64,000 bases of DNA from Candidatus Latescibacterota bacterium (GTDB taxonomy: Bacteria; Latescibacterota; UBA2968; UBA8231), in the NCBI GenBank assembly GCA_965243025.1, contig CBDETY010000003.1, forward strand, positions 2,432,001-2,496,000, in the 5' to 3' direction. The notes beneath the pieces were generated by a model. It saw only the letters and a list, made by a program, of their open reading frames with translations. It did not search any database and was not told the DNA's origin. Below are positions 37,479 to 45,616 of this stretch, in pieces. Both the position numbers and the translations under genes were made by a program. The stretch's first letter is position 1, and every line of letters begins with the position of its first letter.

Positions 37479-38843
37479 TCAACTCCTCGCCTCTTCCTCC
37501 GACACGCGGCGCTGCCCGCTCTCCCGGGCAGGGGCCGGCTCGATCGCCGGCGCCTCCTCCCCGGCCTCGAGCATGCGCCTTACCAGCCGTTCCCGCATGA
37601 CCGCGGCCGCCCCCTTGTGCGACCGCAGCCCGGCGAGGTTCTGCAGCTCATACGGATCCGCCTCCAGATCGTACAGGTACTGCTCGACATAGCGGTCCGA
37701 TCCGGGATAGTCGCGGCCGCTCCTGCCCGGGGCATCCACCGCGTACTTCCAGCGCCTCGTACGCACCGCCCGCCCCACCTGCGCCTCGCTGATCTGCACG
37801 AACACCTCCTCGGGCCAGCCGGCCCTGTCCCCGCGCAGGAGAGGAAGTACCGAGCGGCCCTGCATCTCCCCGGGAACCGGCAGCCCCGCGGCATCGAGAA
37901 GGGTCGGCGGCAGGTCGACGAGACTGACCAGCTCCTGGATCTGCCCCCCGCCGGTGAACCCGGGGCCGTGCAACGCGGTCGGCACCCGGATCGAGCTCTC
38001 GTGGCAGGAGCGTTTGTACTCGCTGTTGCGGGTCTTGAAGTGACAGCCGTGGTCGGAGGTGAACAGGAGGATGGTGTCGTCGAGCAGCTCGAGGCTTTTC
38101 AGCGCGTCCAGAATCCTGCCGAGCGCTTCGTCCAGCCGCTTCACCATGCCGAAGTAACCGCCCAGGTGCTGGTGGGCCGAGCCCCCGAGCGCGGCGAGGT
38201 CGGGCGGGGTCCACCTTCCCGTGTACCGCTCCCGGTACCCGTCCGGGGGCGGGTAGTCGTCGATATGGTTCTGGTGGTGGGGTTCGATGTACGAGGTGAA
38301 GAGATAGAAGGGCTCGTTCCTGTGCCCGTCGACGTAGCGGATCGCCGCATCGGTCAGCGCGTCCACCCGGTAGCCGGGGAGGTCGACAGGCCGGTCGTCG
38401 TTGTCGTACAGGGTCGTCCGGTAGGCGTCGGAGGTGAACTCGAGGACGTTGGAGGCCAGCCAGTAGTCGTATCCTGCCCGGTGGCCGGCCGGCACCGGTC
38501 CCGCCGCATCCCTGGTGTGGAGGTGCCACTTGCCGATGTACCCGGTGGCGTACCCGGCCTCGCCGAAGTGGTGGGCGAGGGTCTTGAGATCGCCCGGGAG
38601 CGGGATGCCGTTCCGGTAGCACCCGGTGCGGGTGGCGTACATCCCCGTCTGCAGGCAGGAGCGCGCCGGCCCGCAGACAGGCTGGCAGGTGAAGGAGCGC
38701 CGGACATGGGTGCCGCGTTGCGCCATGCGGTCGAGGTTGGGCGTAAGGTCGAGCGGGTTGCCGTGCAGCCCGGAGGTGTCCCACCGCTGCTGGTCGGTGA
38801 AGAAGACGATGACATTCGGTCGGTTTGCCTCGGATCGCGGCAT
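37479..38843 (-). CDS. Formylglycine-dependent sulfatase
   Basis: PNVIVFFTDQQR; CGPARSCLQTG; GYIGKWHL; TSDHG; LYDLEADPYEL. Confidence 0.92.
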   Translation of the reverse strand: MPRSEANRPNVIVFFTDQQRWDTSGLHGNPLDLTPNLDRMAQRGTHVRRSFTCQPVCGPARSCLQTGMYATRTGCYRNGIPLPGDLKTLAHHFGEAGYATGYIGKWHLHTRDAAGPVPAGHRAGYDYWLASNVLEFTSDAYRTTLYDNDDRPVDLPGYRVDALTDAAIRYVDGHRNEPFYLFTSYIEPHHQNHIDDYPPPDGYRERYTGRWTPPDLAALGGSAHQHLGGYFGMVKRLDEALGRILDALKSLELLDDTILLFTSDHGCHFKTRNSEYKRSCHESSIRVPTALHGPGFTGGGQIQELVSLVDLPPTLLDAAGLPVPGEMQGRSVLPLLRGDRAGWPEEVFVQISEAQVGRAVRTRRWKYAVDAPGRSGRDYPGSDRYVEQYLYDLEADPYELQNLAGLRSHKGAAAVMRERLVRRMLEAGEEAPAIEPAPARESGQRRVSEEEARS

Positions 38844-38977
38844 GGCCTGCTATTCCCTCTGTCCGGTTGTTGGGATTCCTGTTGTCTTGACGAGGTCGCC
38901 CCGGCGAGCGGTGAATCAGCGCCCGGTTGTCCCTGAAGTCCAATATTCCCGTTCCTTTCCGCGGCTCTTTTTATCCT

Positions 38978-38997
38978 TGAATCCATTAATGAATTCA
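38978..38997. promoter_or_regulatory. Palindromic operator candidate in the divergent sulfatase/idnD intergenic region
   Basis: TGAATCCATTAATGAATTCA: 20-bp dyad with one mismatched pair. Confidence 0.45.
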
Positions 38998-39062
38998 GTC
39001 GTGGCCGATAGCACATTCCTTCGAAGGGCAGACTGTATGGGTCCGGATCTCAGGAGACTCCC

Positions 39063-40094
39063 TTGAAGGCCGTCGTCCTCCACAAGGCCGGGGACCTGCG
39101 AATCGAAGAGCGGGAAGAAGGCCCCCCCGGTCCCGCAGAGGTCAAGATCAGGATCGCTGCCGGCGGCGTCTGCGGAACCGACCTCCACTACTACAACCAC
39201 GGGGGCTTCGGATCGGTGCTCCTCAGGGAGCCGATGATCCTCGGGCACGAGGTCGCCGGCCATGTCGGCGCGGTCGGCCCCGGGGTCGAGGGGTTCGCGC
39301 CGGGAGACCTGGTCGCGGTCTCTCCCTCTCGTCCCTGCGGAGACTGCCGCTTCTGCGCCGGAGGCCTGCACATCCACTGTCCCGACATGCGCTTCTACGG
39401 CTCCGCCATGCCGTTCCCGCACATCCAGGGGGCCTTCCGGCAGGAGTTGGTCGCCGGCGCCTCCCAGTGCGTGAGGGCAAAAGGCCTGTCCGCGGGCGAG
39501 GCGGCCATGGCCGAGCCCCTGTCGGTCTGCCTTCACGCCACCCGCCGGGCCGGCGAGCTCGAAGGGAAGCGGGTGCTGGTAACCGGGTGCGGGCCGATCG
39601 GGGTGCTGTCCATCCTCGCCGCCCGCTGGGCAGGCGCGGCCGAGATCGCCGCCACCGACCTCGTCGGCAACGCCCTGAAGCACGCTGCCGCGGCCGGGGC
39701 CGACCGGGTGATCGACGTGTCCGAGGCGCCCGACGGTCTGGAGGAATACGCAGCGGGCAAGGGGTATTTCGACCTGCTCTACGAGTGCACGGGCTCGGAG
39801 GCTGCCCTGTCAGGGGCGATTCCGGCCATGCGTCCGCGGGCAGTGGTGATGCAGCTCGGGCTCGGCGGCGACATGACCGTGCCGATGATGCAGATCACCG
39901 TAAAGGAGCTCGACCTGCGCGGGTCCTTCCGGTTTCACGAGGAGTTCGCGACCGCGGTGCGGCTGATGCAGTCCGGGGCCATCGACGTGAAAGCGGCGAT
40001 CACCCACACCCTTCCTCTCGAGGAGGCGGAGCTCGCCTTCCGGATCTCCAACGACCGCACCCGGGCGATGAAGACGCAGATCGCGTTTGTCTGA
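39063..40094 (+). CDS. idnD: L-idonate 5-dehydrogenase (Zn-dependent MDR)
   Basis: GVCGTDLHYYNHGGFG; LGHE; MRFYGSAMPFPHIQGAF; GCGPIG; KELDLRGSFRFHEEF. Confidence 0.85.
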   Translation: MKAVVLHKAGDLRIEEREEGPPGPAEVKIRIAAGGVCGTDLHYYNHGGFGSVLLREPMILGHEVAGHVGAVGPGVEGFAPGDLVAVSPSRPCGDCRFCAGGLHIHCPDMRFYGSAMPFPHIQGAFRQELVAGASQCVRAKGLSAGEAAMAEPLSVCLHATRRAGELEGKRVLVTGCGPIGVLSILAARWAGAAEIAATDLVGNALKHAAAAGADRVIDVSEAPDGLEEYAAGKGYFDLLYECTGSEAALSGAIPAMRPRAVVMQLGLGGDMTVPMMQITVKELDLRGSFRFHEEFATAVRLMQSGAIDVKAAITHTLPLEEAELAFRISNDRTRAMKTQIAFV

Positions 40095-40220
40095 GAAAAG
40101 GGCGGGGGCCCGACATGACCGTCCGGGGACATGGTTTACAGGTCCGGCGATGGGCTGTTATCGTATGCCGGCCGCCGGCGCATCCGGCGGCAAACTCTCA
40201 CCTGAACAGGAGCACTTATC

Positions 40221-41159
40221 GTGAAAGTCGCTGTCTGGGGCCGTGAACTCGAGGACTCCTACCTGAAGTTCGTCTGCCAGATCGGGGCGGACGCCGTCGA
40301 CGGGTTGCCGATACCGAACGAGCCGGGGAAGGGGTACTTCGATCTCGACGAGACTCTGAAGATCAAGAAGAAGATCGCCTCCTGGGGCATGGAGATTAAC
40401 CGCGTCTCCCTGCCCTACCTGTCGGAGACCTACGTCGACGACGGCGACGGCGCCGAGGAGGAGCTGGAAAACTGCTGCCAGTCGCTGCGGGTGATGGGCG
40501 AGGCGAAGCTGCCCCTCGGGCGCGTCGGTTTCGCCCGGGACGTGTACCCGTGGATGCGCAAGAACCACCGCGCCGTCCACCGCGGCGGCTACGTGTACCG
40601 CGGCGAGGGAGTCAAGGAAGGCACGGTTCCGCCCCCGGCCGAGGAGCAGGAGCGCTACTGGGGCCGGGTCTGCCACGCCTACTCGAAGCTGGTCCCGATC
40701 GCCGAGGAGTACGGGGTGCGGCTGATCATGCACCCTTCTGATCCCCCGAGCCCGGACGCCCCCTTCGGCGGCCTCGGGTTCCACCGCCTGATCGACGCCT
40801 TTCCCAGCCCCAGCGTCGGCTACCTCTACTGCTGCGGCACCCGCTGCCAGGCTGGCGGCCTGCCCCTGGTGCTCGACGAGGTCCACAACTACGGCCGCAA
40901 GAACCGCATCTTCATGGTCCACTTCCGCAACGTCCGCGGCAGCATCGCCACGGCCAACGGCTTCGAGGAGGTGCTCCTCGACGACGGCGACATGAACATG
41001 TTCAAGATCCTGCTCGAGCTGCGGCGCGTCGGCTTCGACGGCTGCCTCAACCCCGACCACTGCCCCGCCCTCGAAGGGGACGGCCCGGACGCGACCCAGT
41101 CGCTGGCCTACGCGGTCGGGTACATCAAGGCGATGCTCGCCGCCCTCGCGGTGGTGTAG
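40221..41159 (+). CDS. uxuA: Mannonate dehydratase (UxuA)-like TIM-barrel protein
   Basis: MHPSDPP; YCCGT; IFMVHFRNVRG; FEE..LDDGDMNM; NPDH; YAVGYIKA. Confidence 0.75.
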   Translation: MKVAVWGRELEDSYLKFVCQIGADAVDGLPIPNEPGKGYFDLDETLKIKKKIASWGMEINRVSLPYLSETYVDDGDGAEEELENCCQSLRVMGEAKLPLGRVGFARDVYPWMRKNHRAVHRGGYVYRGEGVKEGTVPPPAEEQERYWGRVCHAYSKLVPIAEEYGVRLIMHPSDPPSPDAPFGGLGFHRLIDAFPSPSVGYLYCCGTRCQAGGLPLVLDEVHNYGRKNRIFMVHFRNVRGSIATANGFEEVLLDDGDMNMFKILLELRRVGFDGCLNPDHCPALEGDGPDATQSLAYAVGYIKAMLAALAVV

Positions 41160-41204
41160 GCCGCCCTGCGCAGAACTTCCCCCATCACACTCAAGGAGGG
41201 TGTC

Positions 41205-42722
41205 GTGACAACCATGACGGAGCACGAGAACTACTACTTCGACGTGTGCGGCTACCTCGTCGTCCGCAACGCCCTCTCCCACGTCGAGGTCGACACCTTC
41301 AACAAGGCGTTCGACGCCGCCGTCGACGAGGACGGATCCCTGCCCGCCGGCGCCCCGTACCGCTATCCCTTCCTGCAGCTGCGCGACCACCCGGTCCTCA
41401 GGCGCTACCTCTCGGAAATTCTCGGCGAGAACTACCGCTGCGACGGCGGACCGGAGCTTGTCGGCGCCCCTGGGGCCGGCGCCAACGGCCGGCTTTCCGG
41501 CGGGAGCGAGTGGGTCGACTGGTCGCGCGCCTACCGGCACCAGGGCGGGGTCCGCCTCTGCCAGGGAGTGCGGGCTCTCTGGGCCCTGGCCGACGTCGGG
41601 GAGGGAGACGGCGGCTTCGTCCTGATACCCGCCAGCCACAACTCCGAAGTCGAGACCCCTGACGAGGTGCTAGGCGGCGGGGACGACATGGGGCTGACCT
41701 TTCAGCCGGACCTGATGGCCGGGGACCTGCTGCTGTGCGCCCACTCCCTCGTGCACGGGGCGCGGCCCTGGAGGGGGGCGGGACCCTCCAGAACCCTCGC
41801 CTGGACCTACGTCCACGCCGAGGTGCGGGCCAACGACTGGAGCAGAGGCAGCCAAACGGCGAGGGACTGGCTGTCCTCACTGACCCCGGCGCAGCGGGCG
41901 GTGCTGCCCGACCCGGACCGCGAGGGACTGCCGCCCCCGATACGGACCGACGGCGAAACCTGCTGGATCGAGGAGGAGGGTCCGGAGATCCACCACCCCT
42001 CGATCTACGTGCGCAACCCGGAAGCGGAGATCGACGAGAAGGAGTTCTACCACTGGGACCTGTGCGGCCACCTCGTCGTCAAGGGGGTGATGGACGCCGA
42101 CTGGCTGGCCGCGGCCAACGAGGCCATCGACAGCAACGCCGACCGTATCAGCCACGGATTGAGCGCCGCCGGCGGGAAGTCGAGGCGACTCGCCGGCAGG
42201 CACAGGGACTCGATGTCCGACCCCTGGGAACTGCCCGAGCCGTACTGCGAGCCGTTCCGCCGCATGATCGCTCACCCGGCCCTGATCCGCAGGTTGAACT
42301 GGATCATGGGCAGCGGTTTCGAGGTCGGACAGTGCTCGCTGTTCGCCCACCGCAAGGGCGGGGTCGGCCATTACCTGCACAGCGGTACCGCCGACCCCAG
42401 GCCCGGCAACCACTACCGGCTCCGGAACGGACGCGCCTACTGCGAGTTCATCAACGTCGCCTGGCAGCTGCGCGACGTCACCGCCGCGGACGGGGGCTTC
42501 TGCTGCATCCCGGGCAGCCACAAGGGGCGCTACCCCCTGCCCGAGGGGATCGCCTCCTGCGACGACGACCCGATGCAGGTAGTGCGCCACGTCGGCATGG
42601 AGGCGGGGGACGTGCTGATCTTCATGGCCGGGGCGCAGACCCACGGCGCCTTCCCCTGGCGCGGGGACCAGAACCGCAGGGCCGTCTTCTTCACCTACCC
42701 GGGCCGCAACTTCAGGCGCTGA
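41205..42722 (+). CDS. Tandem double-PhyH-domain Fe(II)/2OG enzyme
   Basis: Two halves each starting E.Y..D.CG.LVV and containing GDGGF..IP(A/G)SH and HGA.PW. Confidence 0.85.
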   Translation: MTTMTEHENYYFDVCGYLVVRNALSHVEVDTFNKAFDAAVDEDGSLPAGAPYRYPFLQLRDHPVLRRYLSEILGENYRCDGGPELVGAPGAGANGRLSGGSEWVDWSRAYRHQGGVRLCQGVRALWALADVGEGDGGFVLIPASHNSEVETPDEVLGGGDDMGLTFQPDLMAGDLLLCAHSLVHGARPWRGAGPSRTLAWTYVHAEVRANDWSRGSQTARDWLSSLTPAQRAVLPDPDREGLPPPIRTDGETCWIEEEGPEIHHPSIYVRNPEAEIDEKEFYHWDLCGHLVVKGVMDADWLAAANEAIDSNADRISHGLSAAGGKSRRLAGRHRDSMSDPWELPEPYCEPFRRMIAHPALIRRLNWIMGSGFEVGQCSLFAHRKGGVGHYLHSGTADPRPGNHYRLRNGRAYCEFINVAWQLRDVTAADGGFCCIPGSHKGRYPLPEGIASCDDDPMQVVRHVGMEAGDVLIFMAGAQTHGAFPWRGDQNRRAVFFTYPGRNFRR

Positions 42723-42776
42723 GCGGGGTGCACGGGGCCGGCGGGGCGGCGGGGACGATCCCCTCCGAGATCGCCG

Positions 42777-43178
42777 CTACTCGCGCGCATCGTGCGCCAT
42801 CACGTGAGGATAGGTGAGGATGCGGCTGTCCGCGGTTACCACAGTGAGGTCGTGAACTCTCGCCGTGGCGATCAGGATGCGGTCGGCGGGATCCCGGTGA
42901 AACTCCCCCGGCAGGTCGTACGCCCCCGCCGCTATCTCGTGGGAGAGGGAAATCGTTTCCGCAAGCAACCCCTGCAACGACTCCGAGATCCACGTCTGCA
43001 GGCGCCCCGCCAGAGTCAGACGCCCCGCCCAGGCGAGTTGCGCGAGTTCAAGGGATGACACCGGGGAAACGAAAAGGCTGTTTTCCTCGTCAGCGAGCGC
43101 GCTCCTTGTTCCGGGCCCCAGAGTTTCGGACGACTCCTGGGTCCAGACCCAGACATGGGTATCCAGGAGGAAGTTCAA
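42777..43178 (-). CDS. vapC: VapC-family PIN toxin
   Basis: LLDTHVWVW; SPVSSLEL; HRDPADRILIATA; VVTAD; TTG start overlaps the antitoxin stop. Confidence 0.88.
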   Translation of the reverse strand: MNFLLDTHVWVWTQESSETLGPGTRSALADEENSLFVSPVSSLELAQLAWAGRLTLAGRLQTWISESLQGLLAETISLSHEIAAGAYDLPGEFHRDPADRILIATARVHDLTVVTADSRILTYPHVMAHDARE

Positions 43179-43408
43179 CCTTCCCACTCCCAGTGCCCGG
43201 AAAAGTCGCAGTTGACGATGTCGCCCTGGATGGTCATGCGCCCGCGCAGGCTCCCCAGCTCCCGCTTGCGTGGAGTCTCCCGATAGGGATCGACTGTCGC
43301 AATGGGACGCTTCCGCAAAGTGACGACGAGAGTTTCTCCCGTTTCGTGAACGGTCTTCAGCTCTTCGATGCACTTCGCCTTGAACTCGGAGATACCCATG
43401 GTTTTCAT
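43175..43408 (-). CDS. Phd/YefM-family antitoxin
   Basis: MKTMGISEFKAKCIEEL..V..TGE.LVVT..KRPIA; directly upstream of vapC. Confidence 0.88.
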   Translation of the reverse strand: MKTMGISEFKAKCIEELKTVHETGETLVVTLRKRPIATVDPYRETPRKRELGSLRGRMTIQGDIVNCDFSGHWEWEG

Positions 43409-43459
43409 CGTCGACTTTCCTTCCACTTGGGAGGGTTTCCGTTTTGGAATCCGGAAGGA

Positions 43460-43487
43460 ATTAAACCTGGTCAACTAACCAGGTCAA
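43460..43487 (-). promoter_or_regulatory. Promoter and autoregulatory operator of the phd-vapC operon
   Basis: Minus-strand TTGACC-N16-TTTAAT overlapping the inverted repeat ACCTGGT-N6-ACCAGGT (43465-43484). Confidence 0.6.
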
Positions 43488-44624
43488 TTACACGCCCTCC
43501 ACGGTACCCTCGATCAGGAAGTCGACCACCGCCCGGAGGGCTTCCTCCCGGGACGCGCCGGACTGAAGGGCTTTCCGGAAGACCTCCCTCTGCAGGTGCG
43601 AGCTGGTTCCCCGCTCGACGATGGTGCGCGCGTGTTCCACCTCGGCGACGCACCCGAACTGTTCGGCGTCTTCGCGAACGAGGCCGAGGAGCTCGTCGAT
43701 CAGCTGCGAGTACCCCACGATCTCGCCGCGGCCAAAGTCGACCATGCCCTCGTCCAGGCCGTAGCGCTGCGCGCGCCAGCGGTTCTCCTCGACCAGGAAA
43801 GGGGAGTAGATCCGCCAGCGCTGGTTGTCGCGGCGGAGCCTGTACAGCATGCGGCAGATGCAGCGGAACAGGGCGGCGCAGCAGAGTGAATCCTCCAGCC
43901 TCGTGCAGACATCGGTGATGCGCATTTCGACGGTGGGGAAACGCTCGCTCGGACGCACGTCCCACCACAGCTTCGTCGCGTCCTCGATCAGGCCGGCCGA
44001 GACCATCAGGCCGACGGCCCGCCTGAACTCCCCGTAGCTCTCGAAGCGCTCCGGCAGCCCGGTGCGCGGCAGCTCGTCGAAAACGCAGAGCCGGTAGGAC
44101 TGCAGGCCGGTCTCGGTCCCCTCCCAGAACGGGGAGGAGGTGCTCAGCGCCAGCAGGTGCGGCAGGAAGTAGGATACCTGGTTGAGGGTGTCGATGCGCA
44201 GGTCCTCGTCCTCGATGCCGACGTGGACGTGCATGCCGCAGATGAGCAGGCGCTGGGCAACGACCTGGAGGTCCTTCTGCAGGATCTGGTAGCGCGGCTT
44301 GTCGGTGTATTTCTGGTCCCTCCAGTGGGCGAAGGGGTGCGTGGAGGCGGCTATCGGGGCGAGTCCGTGGCGGCCGGCGATCCGGGCAACGGTGCCCCGC
44401 AGGTGCTTCAGTTCCTTCCCGACTTCCCGGATCGATCCGCAGACGGAGGTCCCGATCTCGATCTGGGGACGCAGGAACTCCGGGCTGAAGTGCCCCGAAA
44501 GGCGGCTCTCGAACTCGGTGATCAGGTCCGGGGCCGGTTCGCTGACCAGGTTCCGGGAATCCATTTCGACCAGCAGGTACTCCTCCTCGACGCCGATGCT
44601 GAAGCTCGGCTCCCGCAGGCTCAT
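43488..44624 (-). CDS. ybdK: Carboxylate-amine ligase, YbdK/GCS2 family
   Basis: SIGVEEEYLLV; QIEIGT; STHPF; ICGMHVHVG; LALSTSSPFW; PRTGLP; WWDVRP; ENRWRAQRYG. Confidence 0.9.
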   Translation of the reverse strand: MSLREPSFSIGVEEEYLLVEMDSRNLVSEPAPDLITEFESRLSGHFSPEFLRPQIEIGTSVCGSIREVGKELKHLRGTVARIAGRHGLAPIAASTHPFAHWRDQKYTDKPRYQILQKDLQVVAQRLLICGMHVHVGIEDEDLRIDTLNQVSYFLPHLLALSTSSPFWEGTETGLQSYRLCVFDELPRTGLPERFESYGEFRRAVGLMVSAGLIEDATKLWWDVRPSERFPTVEMRITDVCTRLEDSLCCAALFRCICRMLYRLRRDNQRWRIYSPFLVEENRWRAQRYGLDEGMVDFGRGEIVGYSQLIDELLGLVREDAEQFGCVAEVEHARTIVERGTSSHLQREVFRKALQSGASREEALRAVVDFLIEGTVEGV

Positions 44625-44662
44625 GAGTACATCTCCCTGTTACATGCCCGGGCGCGAGGCGC

Positions 44663-45457
44663 TCAGAACTCCGCCGTCTCTTCCGGCTCGAGCACGATCG
44701 CTTCCACCTGCGGAGCGTGCTTCTTCAGCGCCTCGAGGAAAGCATCCGGAGTCTGGTCCATGGTGTCGAAGACCCCGTAGTGCGCGGGGATGACGTATTT
44801 CGGGCTGATCATGCCGACGGCGTACCCGGCGCTGTCCCCCCCGACCGTGAAGCCCCCGCCGCAGATGTTGAGGACCGCGAGGTCGGGCCTGTAGTATTCG
44901 CCGATCACCAGCTTGAGGTCGGCGCACAGGCCGGTGTCGGAGGATATGTAGACCTTGAAGCCGTTCTCGAACTCGACGACGAAGCCGATCGGGTCGCCGA
45001 CGTCGTGGCCCTTGAGGCGGCCGTCCTCGAGCGGGACGATCTCCGAGGAGGTGTGCTCGCAGTGGACGCCGGAAACCGAGATGCCGTCGATCGGCGGCAG
45101 CGGTCCGCGGTTCATCCCCCAGCCGTTGTTGCAGAAGTTCTCCAGCCCGGTGTGCTCGCGGATGTAGACCGCCGTCTCCACCGGGGTCAGGATGATCGGG
45201 TCGAAGCGCTCGGACAGGGCGGCGATGTCGCCGAGGTTGAGGTGGTCGAAGTGGGCGTGGGTCTGCAGGATGATGTCGACGTTGCCGAAGGCGCCGACGT
45301 CCTGCTTGTACTTGTCGGGCACCGCGGGGTTGCCGTCGGGGAAGAAGGGGTTGCCGGTGAGCCAGGGATCGACGAGCAGCACCTTGCCCTCCGGCGAGGT
45401 CAGCTTGAGGGTGGCGAAGCCGATCATCTGCACCTGGACTTTTCCGTTGCCAGCCAT
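44663..45457 (-). CDS. Metallo-beta-lactamase-fold metal-dependent hydrolase (UPF0173-like)
   Basis: AAGGAG RBS; LVDPWL; THAHFDH; SDTG; IPAHYG. Confidence 0.85.
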   Translation of the reverse strand: MAGNGKVQVQMIGFATLKLTSPEGKVLLVDPWLTGNPFFPDGNPAVPDKYKQDVGAFGNVDIILQTHAHFDHLNLGDIAALSERFDPIILTPVETAVYIREHTGLENFCNNGWGMNRGPLPPIDGISVSGVHCEHTSSEIVPLEDGRLKGHDVGDPIGFVVEFENGFKVYISSDTGLCADLKLVIGEYYRPDLAVLNICGGGFTVGGDSAGYAVGMISPKYVIPAHYGVFDTMDQTPDAFLEALKKHAPQVEAIVLEPEETAEF

Positions 45458-45552
45458 GCGGCGTCTCCTTGCGAAAGGTGATGGTCTGTCGGTTCCGTCT
45501 GCAGGGAGGTAAACAACTGTCATTCCCCTGCCGGCGCTACCGCCGCGTTCCC

Positions 45553-45593
45553 TTGACCGGGCGCCCCCGCCTCGGCTTTAATCCGGGGGCGCC
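45553..45593 (+). promoter_or_regulatory. Putative sigma70 promoter of the GH106-like gene
   Basis: TTGACC(45553)-N18-TTTAAT(45577); -10 box flanked by the inverted repeat GGCGCCCCCG/CGGGGGCGCC. Confidence 0.5.
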
Positions 45594-45616
45594 ACCCCAA
45601 CCGCAGGAGCCCACCG

